From assembly GCA_963768835.1 (NCBI GenBank), contig CAVYJB010000002.1, forward strand, positions 72,230 through 136,229: 64,000 nt of DNA. The letters run 5' to 3'. The DNA comes from an uncultured bacterium (lineage in GTDB: Bacteria; Patescibacteriota; Minisyncoccia; UBA6257; GWB1-50-10). Below the pieces are notes generated by a model. It saw only the letters and a list, made by a program, of their open reading frames with translations, was not told the origin of the DNA and ran no database searches. Shown here in pieces: positions 18,587-28,470 of this stretch (its first letter is position 1; each line of letters opens with the position of its first letter). The translations under genes were made by a program, and so were the position numbers.

Positions 18587-18817
18587 ATGGAAGACAAATT
18601 AGTAAAAAGGCGTACCGAGCTTTTAGATCAAATAGAATTGTTGGCCAGAGAGCGTGGCATTGTCGCCATAAGAGATACGGCACTTCTCAACGCTAAGAAC
18701 TACGCACGAGAGCAGTTAGAACACGGCTTTGATAAAGGGCTTACCCAAGATGAACTTGAGATTGAAGGACTTGAAAGACACCTTCGCTCCATGAGGAATC
18801 AGGGTAGACAACAATAG
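18587..18817 (+). CDS. Hypothetical 76-aa helical protein
   Basis: ATG-started ORF with natural composition, ending 50 nt before the attR arm. Confidence 0.55.
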   Translation: MEDKLVKRRTELLDQIELLARERGIVAIRDTALLNAKNYAREQLEHGFDKGLTQDELEIEGLERHLRSMRNQGRQQ

Positions 18818-18867
18818 AGCCAAAAGACGTGGAGTTGCCACCTCTCCGGCGCGCCAAAAGGAGGGGT

Positions 18868-19157
18868 TGGGGGAGGAATTTGGGCGCGCCATACGCGAAG
18901 CCCCGAAGCCAGCAGGCTGAGGGGCTGAGCAAACATCTTTGGGGGGAGCTGAGCGGAGTGAAGTAGGACTTGTGATTTTGCCGGACGAGGGTCAAAAAGA
19001 TCAGCGTTTGCAGGGCAAACTGGACTTGCTACCCCTTCAAATGGACGCAGGGCGAGTGAAGGGGTAAATGAAGGGGTAAACAGTCTCGGAATGTAGGGGT
19101 AAAATGGTTAGGTCTGACCCTCGAAGAACCCTCGAGCGGATCGGTATAACGCCACAA
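18868..19157. repeat. Inverted repeat B (attR arm, 290 bp)
   Basis: Reverse complement of 15814-16103; one mismatch seen by eye. Confidence 0.95.
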
Positions 19158-19171
19158 CTTCGGTCAAAAGA

Positions 19172-19209
19172 AACCCGCCTTCGGCATGCCGAGAGGCGGG
19201 TTGGGTTTA
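19172..19209 (+). terminator. Hairpin terminator, probably the displaced tRNA-Leu terminator
   Basis: AACCCGCCT-TCGGCATGCCGA-GAGGCGGGTT, 14 nt after the attR core. Confidence 0.7.
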
Positions 19210-19239
19210 TTGGTCGCAAGAACGATTTTGGGGGGACGC

Positions 19240-19761
19240 TTAATGCATCACTTTCCGGAGAAACGCCGGCTCTTCCTTAGGACCGGTGTCCTGAGGAGGG
19301 GTTACAAGTCTCACGGCCTGCAGCCTCAGCGGCGCCTCTTCCTCATCCGCTCCGGCATCGGAAGACGCCGTGAGCGCCCCGTCCATAATGAGGAGGGATT
19401 CCGCACATCGCCATCCTGCGTCCGCTTCTCTGTCGAGGAGGACGCCGCGCTGATGCTCCGGAAGGAGGTCCGCCTTGTCCCACTCAAGTGAGTTTTCGGG
19501 AATGCGGACGACGGGCGTCCACGATTTGGGATCTACGCCGTACCGCAGGAAGAATATCGCGTCGAAACATCGAAAAAGCTCGGCGGGGATAATCTGCCGC
19601 GTATAAACGGTGAAGTGTCCGTCCGGATCCATTTCCATGCGCCATGGAAGTTCTTCGAAGCTTTCTTTGTCGGCCGGTTCTTGGGCTTTCGTGAGATGTC
19701 GGAAGAGCATTAGAACGTCCTCTAGGATCCATCCTTTCCACGCTCCGTTCCACTTCTTCAT
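19240..19761 (-). CDS. Hypothetical protein
   Basis: ATG (MKKWNGAW) preceded by AAGGGG; no recognised motif. Confidence 0.6.
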   Translation of the reverse strand: MKKWNGAWKGWILEDVLMLFRHLTKAQEPADKESFEELPWRMEMDPDGHFTVYTRQIIPAELFRCFDAIFFLRYGVDPKSWTPVVRIPENSLEWDKADLLPEHQRGVLLDREADAGWRCAESLLIMDGALTASSDAGADEEEAPLRLQAVRLVTPPQDTGPKEEPAFLRKVMH

Positions 19762-19857
19762 GTGGGTTCCCCTTCTATGGTGATTTTTTTCGTTCGGTGT
19801 GCTACCGCCAGTGTAACCCGCCGCAGGCGTCATGCGCAAACCGCTCGCCCGGAAAAA

Positions 19858-20577
19858 TCAGGAGGAGGGGACGTCGGGGTCCCGATACCGCCCCCGGAGA
19901 AACCGCAGGAGGACCATGAGCGTCGAGAGCCCGTAGGTGACGCTTCGGGAAAGATTGACCGACGAGACGCCGTCGCGGTAGAAGCACTCCGCCGGAACCT
20001 CCGTGACGCCGTAACCGTTCGCCATCAGCCACGCGATGACCTCGCTGTCGAACACGAAATCGTCCGAGAACGACCGGTAGGGCATCCGCGCGAATAGACG
20101 GGCGTCGTAGACGCGGAGCCCGGAGTGGAACTCCGAGAGGGACGACCGGAACGCGCGGTTCTGGAGGGCGGTCAGCAGCCGGTTCCCGGCGTACTTCCAG
20201 ACGGGCATGTCGTTGCGCAGCGCGGTCCCCATGCGGGTGCCGAGCACAAGGGCGGCGCCGCCCTGCACCGCCCGGATCATCTCCGGCAGGCAACGGGTAT
20301 CGTACTGATTGTCGGGATGCACCATCACGATGACGTCGGGATTCTTCTTGCGCGCGGCGTCGTAGAGCGTCTTCTGGTTGGCGCCGTAGCCTGCGTTCTC
20401 CCGATGGCGGATGGTGGTGATACCAAGGCTCCGGCTCACCTCGTGCGTGCGGTCCTCGCTCCCGTCGTCGCAGAGAATGACCTCGTCGTAGACGGGGGGC
20501 AGCGCGCGGTGCGTGGCCGCGAGCGTGCGTTCGGCCCGGTAGGCGGGCATCACGATGATCACTTTCGTCATGGGCAT
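19858..20577 (-). CDS. GT2 glycosyltransferase (DPM1/polyprenol-P-sugar synthase-like)
   Basis: VMPAYRAE, CDDGSED, GYGANQK, HPDNQYD, EFHSGLRVY and FVFDSE motifs. Confidence 0.9.
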   Translation of the reverse strand: MPMTKVIIVMPAYRAERTLAATHRALPPVYDEVILCDDGSEDRTHEVSRSLGITTIRHRENAGYGANQKTLYDAARKKNPDVIVMVHPDNQYDTRCLPEMIRAVQGGAALVLGTRMGTALRNDMPVWKYAGNRLLTALQNRAFRSSLSEFHSGLRVYDARLFARMPYRSFSDDFVFDSEVIAWLMANGYGVTEVPAECFYRDGVSSVNLSRSVTYGLSTLMVLLRFLRGRYRDPDVPSS

Positions 20578-20590
20578 GGACGGTTCATTT

Positions 20591-22024
20591 CTAGAGGCAC
20601 GCGGACTTCGCGTAGTAGACGACGCCGCTCCCCGGGCTCGTGCTTCCACAGGAACGGTAGTGCATGCGGATGTAGGTGTCGAGGGGATTGTTATGATCGT
20701 ACCCGAACACGTCGGTGATGGCGTACCCGAGAAAAGCGAACTCGGGCGCGGCCTGCTGGAAGACCCCGATCATCCGGCTCTGGCACGCGCCGTCGCAGAG
20801 CATCAGGTTGGAGACGGGGAACGGGTTCGGCTTCCGCAGCTCGAAGTAGAAGCCGGGAAGGAACGGGCCGGCGTAGATGGACGGCGCGGCCTCGACGCGC
20901 GGGTCGTTGAAGATGCCGCCGAGACCGTGCCCCATCAGATCGACGTAGTAGATGCTGGAGTAGAAAGGGGCGACCAGCGGGGAGGGGCGGAAGAACGTAA
21001 GAAGGGCGACGGCGGCGGGCAGGAGCGCCACGTATTCGGGGTGGCGCCCGGGATGGGCGGGAAGATGGAAGGGCCATCGTCCGCGCGCGCGGGAGAGAAC
21101 CGCCGCGCTGAACACCACGCAGGGAAACGCATTGAACAGCAGGTGGTAGATATCCACGAGATTCAGGGAGCTCAGGAAGAGCGCCGCCTGCACCGCCGCG
21201 AGCGCCCAGAGCCGCCGGTCGCGCCAGCGAACCGCCGCGAGAACCATGAGGGCGACGAGGAGGACCTCCGCCGCAAGGACCGCCGGCTGGACGAGCGTGT
21301 GCGCGAGGTACGCGCCGCGCATCGGAAGAAGGAACCACGCATCGATGAGGGTGCGCCATCCCCACGCGAGGAAAAGCGGCGCGACGGGGATCAGAAATCC
21401 GAGCACCGCGGAGCCGGCGCGCGAAAAGCGGCTCCGCACATCGGCGGAACCGAACACGAGGAGAAGGACGATGGCGACCGCGAGGAGCGCCAGCCCCTTC
21501 GTCTGCAGAAAAAGAAACGTAAGACCGCTCCAGAACCCCACAGTCAGAGCCTGCGGTACGCGCGGCCGATCAATCGCGCGAAGCAACGCGTCCAGAAACC
21601 ACACAGCGACGAACGCGCTGTAGATATTGTGATTTGCCGCGACCGCCGATAGGGGGATAAGCACGAGCGCCGCGAAGAGGGCGTGCTCGGGGCGGCGCAC
21701 GACATGCTTCGTGCACTGGTAGAGACCGACCGCCGCGAGAACGAAGAAAAGAATGGAAACGAGCTTCGCTCCGACGTAGCTCGCGGCGCCGAGAAGCTTC
21801 CAGGTAAAGAAAACTACGTAGGGGGCTCCGGGAGTGATGAACTCCACGAAATCGACGTAGAGATGTTTTCCGTGCCATAGCTGCCAGGCCGCGTTCAGCA
21901 CGGTCCCTTCGTCGGAGGACAGGAGGTGCGTCGAGAACACAAGAAGCGCGATGAACGCGACGCATCCCCAAAACAAAACTGTCCGGGCAGTGCGATGGCG
22001 GGACAGGATGGTCGCGGTATCCAT
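20591..22024 (-). CDS. GT-C-fold-like membrane glycosyltransferase
   Basis: SSDEG...AWQLWHGKHLYVDF..PG first-loop motif, QTKG, many TM helices. Confidence 0.7.
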   Translation of the reverse strand: MDTATILSRHRTARTVLFWGCVAFIALLVFSTHLLSSDEGTVLNAAWQLWHGKHLYVDFVEFITPGAPYVVFFTWKLLGAASYVGAKLVSILFFVLAAVGLYQCTKHVVRRPEHALFAALVLIPLSAVAANHNIYSAFVAVWFLDALLRAIDRPRVPQALTVGFWSGLTFLFLQTKGLALLAVAIVLLLVFGSADVRSRFSRAGSAVLGFLIPVAPLFLAWGWRTLIDAWFLLPMRGAYLAHTLVQPAVLAAEVLLVALMVLAAVRWRDRRLWALAAVQAALFLSSLNLVDIYHLLFNAFPCVVFSAAVLSRARGRWPFHLPAHPGRHPEYVALLPAAVALLTFFRPSPLVAPFYSSIYYVDLMGHGLGGIFNDPRVEAAPSIYAGPFLPGFYFELRKPNPFPVSNLMLCDGACQSRMIGVFQQAAPEFAFLGYAITDVFGYDHNNPLDTYIRMHYRSCGSTSPGSGVVYYAKSACL

Positions 22025-22037
22025 AGAGATAGCGACG

Positions 22038-22922
22038 CTATTTGCGGCGCCGGGCGTGGAACGCGCGGTGCACCTCGCGGAGTTCCTGGTTCGTGATGTG
22101 GGTATAGACCTGGGTTGTCGCAACGTTCGCGTGGCCCAGAAGCTCCTGCACGGAACGCAAGTCCGCACCGTTCACTAAAAGGTCCGTCGCGAAACTGTGG
22201 CGCAGTTGGTGAGGATGCACCCGTTTCGCGATCCCGGCTTCGCGGGCGCGGGCATCCACCATGCGCTCTACCGCCCTCGGTACGATACGCCCCGATACTT
22301 TCCCGTTCCGGCTGAGCCCCACGAAGAGCGCGGGGTCCACGTCGGGCCGCTTCTCGAGATAGGCCTTGATGGTTTTGATGGCCCCCGGCGAAAGAAACAC
22401 CACGCGGAGCTTGTCGCCTTTCCCCCGCACGGAAAGCTCTCCCCGCTCCAGATCCAGGTAACGGTCTAGGGCGCAGAGTTCCGAGAGGCGGAGGCCGGTC
22501 GAAAAGAGTGTTTCGAGGATGGCTCTGTCGCGAAGCGCGCGAAGGTCGCCTCCCTTGGGCGAAGCGAGAAGCCGCTCGAGCTCACGGTAGTCTAAAATCT
22601 CGATGTCGCGGCGCGTCACTCGCGGGAGCTCGATGGTATCAGGGGAGAGGACCCGCATCCCGCGCTTCAGAAGGTATTTTAGGAAGTTGCGGAGCGCGAT
22701 CACGTAATAGCTCTGCGTTATTTTCTTCACGTTCGTCCGCGCGAGTTTCACGCGGAATTCCCGAACCGCGTCGGCGGTGATACCCTTCGGCGCTGTGGCG
22801 CCGGAGAGCCGGAGAAAGACCGCAAGGTAGCGGCCGTAGTTCTCTCGCGTTTTCGGGGAACGGTTCTTCTCGATTTCGAGATACCCGAGATAGTCGTCTA
22901 CGAGCTTTTGAAGTTCGCTCAT
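22038..22922 (-). CDS. xerC: XerC/XerD-type tyrosine recombinase
   Basis: RDRAILETLFSTGLRLSEL, GKGDK, HQLRHSFAT and LLGHANVATTQVYTH motifs; GGGAGG SD. Confidence 0.85.
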   Translation of the reverse strand: MSELQKLVDDYLGYLEIEKNRSPKTRENYGRYLAVFLRLSGATAPKGITADAVREFRVKLARTNVKKITQSYYVIALRNFLKYLLKRGMRVLSPDTIELPRVTRRDIEILDYRELERLLASPKGGDLRALRDRAILETLFSTGLRLSELCALDRYLDLERGELSVRGKGDKLRVVFLSPGAIKTIKAYLEKRPDVDPALFVGLSRNGKVSGRIVPRAVERMVDARAREAGIAKRVHPHQLRHSFATDLLVNGADLRSVQELLGHANVATTQVYTHITNQELREVHRAFHARRRK

Positions 22923-23033
22923 CCTCCCTATTATACTCTGTCGCACAATAAAATTGTCGCGACCGCGACCCCAGAAACCTTGTGGACCCCCTTCCTAGTT
23001 GTTACACTGACCTCAAACGCTCGCCCGAATTTT

Positions 23034-24323
23034 ATGGAACGAATTCTTGTTCGGATTCGGCGATCCCTCTCCGGCACGGGCATTCCTTCGGTCCGCACGG
23101 CCTGGCAACCCGAGGTTGTGATCGCGGTTGCGCTCGGCATCCTTACGCTTCTCGGGATCGGTCTCATGAATCTGGCGCTCCATTCGCAGCCCCAATATGT
23201 GCTCCTCGCCGAGGCGTTCCTCCAGGGGAAACTGCACTTTCTCACCCAACTTCCCAGCGGGGGATACGATGCCGCTTTGATGAACGGTCGCTACTACTGG
23301 CCCCTTCCTCCTTTCCCCGCCGTTCTTCTCATGCCGTTCGTGCTTCTCGGCTACGTGGTGAGAGCCCCGTTTGAGCAGGGGTATCTTCAGTTTCTCCTCG
23401 TCGTTGCGGTCGTCGTGCTTGTCTATAAGATCGCCCGACGTTTCGATTTCGCAGCGGTCGATGCAGGGGTTCTCGCCTTCGCGTTCGTCGTCGGAAGTAT
23501 GTTTTTGGGGGTCGCCTTTCTCCCGTTCTACAGCTATTTCGCCCATGTCGTCGCGACCGTTGCGCTCCTCGCCGCGCTCTTGGAATATCTAGGGAAACGC
23601 CGCTGGTGGCTTGTCGGACTGTGTATCGGAGCTGCGCTCGCGAGCCGCACCACCGCCGGTATCGCAGCTCTTTTCTTCATCGGCGACATTCTCCTCGATC
23701 GCTCCCACGGATGGGTGGAGCGATGGCGACGCGCCGTCGAATTCCTCGGGCCGTTCCTTATCGTCGCCGCTCTCCTTGCCCTCTATAACTATCTCCGCTT
23801 CGGCAACGTCCTGGAGGCGGGTTATGCGCTTCAGGTCATGCAAAACAACGCTCTTATCACCGCTCGATCGTACGGCCTCTTTTCCTTTCGGCATCTCCCC
23901 GGCAATCTTTTCTATGCGTTCTTTTCTCCTCCGGCACCGGTGTTCGCCGGCGGTTCCGGCCCCGTTCTCGCGTTTCCGTTCCTTGCGGTGAACCCGTGGG
24001 GGATGGGAATCTTCTTTACGTCCCCTTACCTCCTTCGAATGTTCTCGCTCCGCTACCGAGAGCGGTGGCAGAAAATCGCATGGATAACGGTCGCGCTCAC
24101 CGCACTCGCTGTTTTTCTTTATTACGGCGTCGGATGGATCCAGTTCGGCTACCGCTACGCGCTGGATTTTCTCCCGCTCGTCTTCGTTCTCTTTCTCTCC
24201 GCGTACCGTTCGCAGATCGGAGCGCTCTCGCGCCCCCTCCGGTGGCTCATCGTGCTCTCGGGAGCGTTTAACCTTTATCTCGTAGCGCAGTTTGCGTTGT
24301 GGGGCGCCGCGCAGCTCCACTGA
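23034..24323 (+). CDS. Integral membrane GT-C-like protein
   Basis: [26 protein letters not shown] and [10 protein letters not shown] motifs; about ten TM helices. Confidence 0.7.
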   Translation: MERILVRIRRSLSGTGIPSVRTAWQPEVVIAVALGILTLLGIGLMNLALHSQPQYVLLAEAFLQGKLHFLTQLPSGGYDAALMNGRYYWPLPPFPAVLLMPFVLLGYVVRAPFEQGYLQFLLVVAVVVLVYKIARRFDFAAVDAGVLAFAFVVGSMFLGVAFLPFYSYFAHVVATVALLAALLEYLGKRRWWLVGLCIGAALASRTTAGIAALFFIGDILLDRSHGWVERWRRAVEFLGPFLIVAALLALYNYLRFGNVLEAGYALQVMQNNALITARSYGLFSFRHLPGNLFYAFFSPPAPVFAGGSGPVLAFPFLAVNPWGMGIFFTSPYLLRMFSLRYRERWQKIAWITVALTALAVFLYYGVGWIQFGYRYALDFLPLVFVLFLSAYRSQIGALSRPLRWLIVLSGAFNLYLVAQFALWGAAQLH

Positions 24324-24374
24324 TTCCTCCGAAGAGAAAGGGGATGCGTTTTCCGCGGGAATACGACCATTCTT

Positions 24375-24403
24375 TTGACAAGTTTCGGTACCGCTGGTAC
24401 AAT
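24375..24403 (+). promoter_or_regulatory. sigma70 promoter of leaderless rpsO
   Basis: TTGACA-17 nt-TACAAT, 6 nt before the ATG. Confidence 0.75.
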
Positions 24404-24409
24404 CAAAAT

Positions 24410-24676
24410 ATGCTTACAAAACGCCAAAAGGAGGGTGCGATAAAGGACCTCCAGCGCCACGAAAAGGACACGGGTTCCGCAGAGGTGCAAATCGGCCTTC
24501 TTACGAAGCAGATCAAAGAGCTCGCCGAGCACCTGAAGAAACACCCCAAAGACGTCCACTCCCGCCGCGGGCTTCTCATGATGGTGGGGAAGCGACGCCG
24601 TTTTCTACGGTATCTCCGTCGGGAGAACGAGAAACAGTACGAGCGTATCTCGAAGAAGCTCGCGCTGGAATTGTAG
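24410..24676 (+). CDS. rpsO: 30S ribosomal protein S15
   Basis: [13 protein letters not shown] and [18 protein letters not shown] motifs. Confidence 0.97.
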   Translation: MLTKRQKEGAIKDLQRHEKDTGSAEVQIGLLTKQIKELAEHLKKHPKDVHSRRGLLMMVGKRRRFLRYLRRENEKQYERISKKLALEL

Positions 24677-24694
24677 AATTCCGCAGCGCATCTC

Positions 24695-25249
24695 ATGACC
24701 ACCTCGCATCCGCACCAACGCGTCGGTATCTTCATCGACGTCCAGAACGTCTATCATTCGGCAAAGAATCTCCACCACGCGCGCGTGAATTTCCGTGAGC
24801 TTATCCGCATGCTCGCGGACGGACGACCGGTCATCCGCGCGATGGCGTACGTCGTGAAAAGCGACGCCGTGCCGGGGGAGGAATCGTTCTTCGAGGCCCT
24901 GCGCCAAGCGGGCCTCGAGCTTCGTTTGAAGGACCTTCAGGTGAATGCGGATGGGTCCAAAAAAGCCGACTGGGACGTCGGCATGGCGGTGGATGCCGTC
25001 CGAATGGCGAATTTCCTGGACGTCGTCATCCTTGTGACGGGCGACGGAGACTTCGGACCGCTAATCGAATACCTCAAATGGGGGCTGGGCCGGCAGGTGG
25101 AAGTGGCGGCCTTCAGCCATTCGACTTCCGGGAAACTTCGGGAGCTCGCGGACCGCTTCACGGAGATTGAGAAGATACCGCGCCTTCTCATGAAAATCCG
25201 TCCCCCGTCGGCTTCGGAGAAAAAGTCTTTCGACGGCGGCCGCCGATAA
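24695..25249 (+). CDS. NYN/LabA (DUF88) PIN-like protein
   Basis: FIDVQNVY, KADWDVGMAVD and TGDGDF motifs. Confidence 0.9.
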   Translation: MTTSHPHQRVGIFIDVQNVYHSAKNLHHARVNFRELIRMLADGRPVIRAMAYVVKSDAVPGEESFFEALRQAGLELRLKDLQVNADGSKKADWDVGMAVDAVRMANFLDVVILVTGDGDFGPLIEYLKWGLGRQVEVAAFSHSTSGKLRELADRFTEIEKIPRLLMKIRPPSASEKKSFDGGRR

Positions 25250-25267
25250 TCTGCCCGATCTCACACC

Positions 25268-27316
25268 ATGCAACTCAAACACAAAACTTTTACTACGACG
25301 CTTGCGGATACGGAGCTTCATCTTGAGGTTTCCGAACTCGCCAAGCAGACAAACGCCTCCGTCGTCGCCTATCACGGGGACACGGCCCTTCTCGCGACGG
25401 TCGTGATGAGCGAAACGGACAAGGCGGGCGATTTCTTCCCCCTGACCGTGGACTACGAGGAGCGCTTCTACGCCGCCGGAAAGATCCTTGGAAGCCGCTT
25501 CGTGCGCCGCGAAGGGCGGCCCTCCGACGACGCCACGCTCTCGGCGCGTCTCATCGACCGCACCATTCGTCCGCTCTTCGATCCGCGCCTCCGCCGCGAG
25601 ATTCAGGTCACCATCACGGTCCTGGCGTACGACGAGGTGCATGACCCCGATGAGGTGGCCCTGATCGCCGTCTCGGCCGCCCTCGGTATCTCCGACATCC
25701 CCTGGAAGGGACCGGTGGCGGGAGTTCGCCACATCGAGAAAGACGCGCAGGGGAACCTCCGTTACCACTCGTTCTTCGCGGGGACCAAGGATCGCGTGAA
25801 CATGATCGAGTTCGAAGGCATCGAGGTCAGCGAGAAGGAGGCCGTCCAGGTTTTCCAAACCTCACAGAAAGAGATCCAGCGCCTCGCGACGTTCCAGGAG
25901 GGCATGATCAAGGAGATCGGGAAGCCGAAGGCCAGCGTGAATCTCGCGGAACCGGACGCCGCGCTCCGTGGAAAGGTGGAGGATTTCCTCCGGAAAGGAA
26001 TGGAAACCGCGCTCCACGCGCACACCGTTGAAGAACTCAAGCGCTCTCTTTTCGAAGCCATGACGGTCGAGAAAATTCCGCCCGAACAGTTCCCGCTTCT
26101 TGAAATGCTTTTTGAGGAAGAGCTGGACCGCTTCGTGCATCACGAAGTCATCGCACACGGGAAACGGCCCGACGGGCGCGCCCTGGACCAGATTCGTCCG
26201 CTCCACGCCGAGGTTTCGCTCCTCCGCCGCACGCACGGTTCCGCGCTCTTCATGCGGGGCGATACCCAGGTTCTCGCAGTCACGACCCTCGGGACACCCT
26301 CCGCGGAACAGCTCATCGAGACAATGGAGGCGGTCGGCACGCGGCGCTTCATGCTACACTACAACTTCCCGAAGTTCTCGACCGGCGAGGTGGGCCGTTC
26401 CCGCGGACCTGGACGCCGCGAGATCGGGCACGGGGCCCTCGCCGCGAAAGCGATCATCAACATGCTCCCCTCGAAAGACGAATTCCCCTACACCATCCGG
26501 GTCGTCGCGGAGACGCTCTCCTCGAACGGCTCCTCTTCGATGGCCTCCACCTGCGCGACGACGCTCTCTCTCATGGATGCAGGCGTGCCCCTCAAGAAAC
26601 CGGTCGCGGGCATCGCAATCGGCCTCATGTCCGACGAGAAGGGAACCTACAAGATCCTGACCGACATCCAGGGCCCGGAGGACCACTACGGAGACATGGA
26701 TTTCAAGGTGGCGGGCACCGACGCGGGCATCACGGCCATCCAGATGGACGTCAAGATCGACGGCATCACCGAGCCGATCTACATTGAAGCGCTGGAGCGC
26801 GGGCGGAAAGCGCGGCTCGAGATCCTCGAGGTCCTGCGCGGAGCCCTTCCCGCTCCGCGACCGAAGGTTTCGCCCTTCGCGCCGACCATCGTCATCATCA
26901 CCATCCCCGTCGACCGCATCGGGGAGGTCATCGGCCCGGGCGGCAAGATCATCAACGGCCTCATCGCCTCGACGGGCGGGGCGGTCTCCATCGATATCGA
27001 GCAGACCGGGAAGGTCTACGTCGCCGGGACCGACGTCGTCCAGGTGGAAAATATCGTGACCGAGATCAAATCGATCGTCCGCGACTTCGTGGTGGGGGAG
27101 ATCGTGGAGGGCCCCATCATCAAGATTCTGGACTTCGGAGCCATTGTGGACCTGGGAGGCGGTCGTGACGGCATGGCGCATGTCTCCGAGCTCAAAGAGG
27201 GCTACGTGAAGCAAGTGGAAGACGTGGTGCACCTTGGAGACCTAGTCCGCGCGAAGATCATTCGCGCCGAGAACGGTCGTATCGGCCTTTCCCTCAAGGG
27301 GGTTCCGCAGCCGTAA
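25268..27316 (+). CDS. pnp: Polyribonucleotide nucleotidyltransferase
   Basis: DFFPLTVDYEE, RREIGHG, SNGSSSMAS and GDMDFKVAG motifs; KH and S1 domains. Confidence 0.97.
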   Translation: MQLKHKTFTTTLADTELHLEVSELAKQTNASVVAYHGDTALLATVVMSETDKAGDFFPLTVDYEERFYAAGKILGSRFVRREGRPSDDATLSARLIDRTIRPLFDPRLRREIQVTITVLAYDEVHDPDEVALIAVSAALGISDIPWKGPVAGVRHIEKDAQGNLRYHSFFAGTKDRVNMIEFEGIEVSEKEAVQVFQTSQKEIQRLATFQEGMIKEIGKPKASVNLAEPDAALRGKVEDFLRKGMETALHAHTVEELKRSLFEAMTVEKIPPEQFPLLEMLFEEELDRFVHHEVIAHGKRPDGRALDQIRPLHAEVSLLRRTHGSALFMRGDTQVLAVTTLGTPSAEQLIETMEAVGTRRFMLHYNFPKFSTGEVGRSRGPGRREIGHGALAAKAIINMLPSKDEFPYTIRVVAETLSSNGSSSMASTCATTLSLMDAGVPLKKPVAGIAIGLMSDEKGTYKILTDIQGPEDHYGDMDFKVAGTDAGITAIQMDVKIDGITEPIYIEALERGRKARLEILEVLRGALPAPRPKVSPFAPTIVIITIPVDRIGEVIGPGGKIINGLIASTGGAVSIDIEQTGKVYVAGTDVVQVENIVTEIKSIVRDFVVGEIVEGPIIKILDFGAIVDLGGGRDGMAHVSELKEGYVKQVEDVVHLGDLVRAKIIRAENGRIGLSLKGVPQP

Positions 27317-27342
27317 CGTTCGTCGTCGATTTCACGTCACAC

Positions 27343-27376
27343 AAAAAGCGCCCGCCCTCGAGGTGGGTGTTTTCTT
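27343..27376 (+). terminator. pnp terminator
   Basis: AAAAAGCGCCCGCC-CTCGA-GGTGGGTGTTTTCTT hairpin. Confidence 0.65.
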
Positions 27377-27420
27377 ATCCACAGGCGCGCGCGAATTCCT
27401 TAAGTGGTATAATGCATGCA

Positions 27421-28470
27421 ATGCCAGACAATCCAATGTACGGAGGGTGGCCGCCAAAGAATCCACCGATCGGGACGGGAGAAGGAGAGGCGCCGCTCGC
27501 TCCGCCTCCGGCACCGAAGATCGACATTCGAACGATGCAATCGGACGTCCGCTCCATGCAGGAAAGCGGGGGAGGAACGCCTCAGCCGTACGCGCCAAAG
27601 GCGGCGGCACCGACCGTGAACATGGCTCCCCCGAAACCCCCCGAACCGACCCGCTCTCCTTTCCAACCTCCGCAAATCTCGAACTCGCCGGCCATGATGC
27701 CTTCCGCCGCCTCAAGGGGTCCCGCGCCGACACCCCGGAAGAAATCTCGGGCTGGTCTCTGGGTCGTTATTATTATTCTGATCCTTGCGGCGCTCGCCGC
27801 GGGTTGGTATTTCTTCTTCCCAACGCTTTTTAGTTCTCCCGCGGTCACGCCGGCACCGGTTGCGCCCGCACCCGTCACATCGACGCCTCCTGTTGCCACC
27901 CCCGCTCCTACGCCTCCCGCCGTGCATCTGACTTTTTTCAAGACGCCCGCGGACGCCACGACGGAAATGACGCTTACCGCCGTTACGCTGCCTAATATCC
28001 GAAGCTCCATCCCCTGGCTGACCGCGGCGACATCCACATTCAACGAGATTGTCTTCAAATGGGGGTCGGGCACGCTCGTGTCATTCCAGGACCTCGCGGC
28101 GCAGCTCTTTCCGACCGTGCTCACGCCCGATCTCACGAGCCAGTTTGAGAGCGACTTCACCTTCTTCACGCTTACGAACAACCGCGGCACGTGGCCCGGG
28201 CTTGTGGCGAAACTGAAGTCCGGCGTGTCGCCCGCAAGCATGGCATCGAGCGTCCAGGCCTTCGAATCCTCAACGGATATCCTGAATCTTTTCCTTCAAA
28301 CCCCGGGCAGCGCACAAGCATGGAAATCGGGCCAGACCGGAATCGCTTCGAACCGCTATGCGACGTTCGCGATGCCGGGCGCGGCGTTCAACTACGGATG
28401 GTACAACGGCTATCTCGTTCTCTCCGCCTCGTATGACGGCTTCAAGGAGGCGGTGAGCCGAACTCAGTAA
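27421..28470 (+). CDS. Hypothetical single-TM protein with Pro-rich N-terminus
   Basis: IRTMQSD motif, Pro-rich linkers on both sides of the TM; TATAAT 7 nt upstream. Confidence 0.75.
   Translation: MPDNPMYGGWPPKNPPIGTGEGEAPLAPPPAPKIDIRTMQSDVRSMQESGGGTPQPYAPKAAAPTVNMAPPKPPEPTRSPFQPPQISNSPAMMPSAASRGPAPTPRKKSRAGLWVVIIILILAALAAGWYFFFPTLFSSPAVTPAPVAPAPVTSTPPVATPAPTPPAVHLTFFKTPADATTEMTLTAVTLPNIRSSIPWLTAATSTFNEIVFKWGSGTLVSFQDLAAQLFPTVLTPDLTSQFESDFTFFTLTNNRGTWPGLVAKLKSGVSPASMASSVQAFESSTDILNLFLQTPGSAQAWKSGQTGIASNRYATFAMPGAAFNYGWYNGYLVLSASYDGFKEAVSRTQ

Larger units (their letters stand above)
12680..19157. mobile_element. Serine-integrase defence island in the tRNA-Leu 3' end, with an internal inverted attP-like site
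   Basis: CCACAA core at 12680-12685 and 19152-19157. Joining the two ends recreates the sequence found inverted at 15663-16103. Cargo is AT-rich and a terminator hairpin lies just beyond the right end. Confidence 0.88.

Noticed and set aside
22038-22922. Tyrosine recombinase as the integrase of a second island
   Set aside because: It has the length and motifs of a housekeeping XerC/D, host-like composition and no flanking att repeats that I could see.
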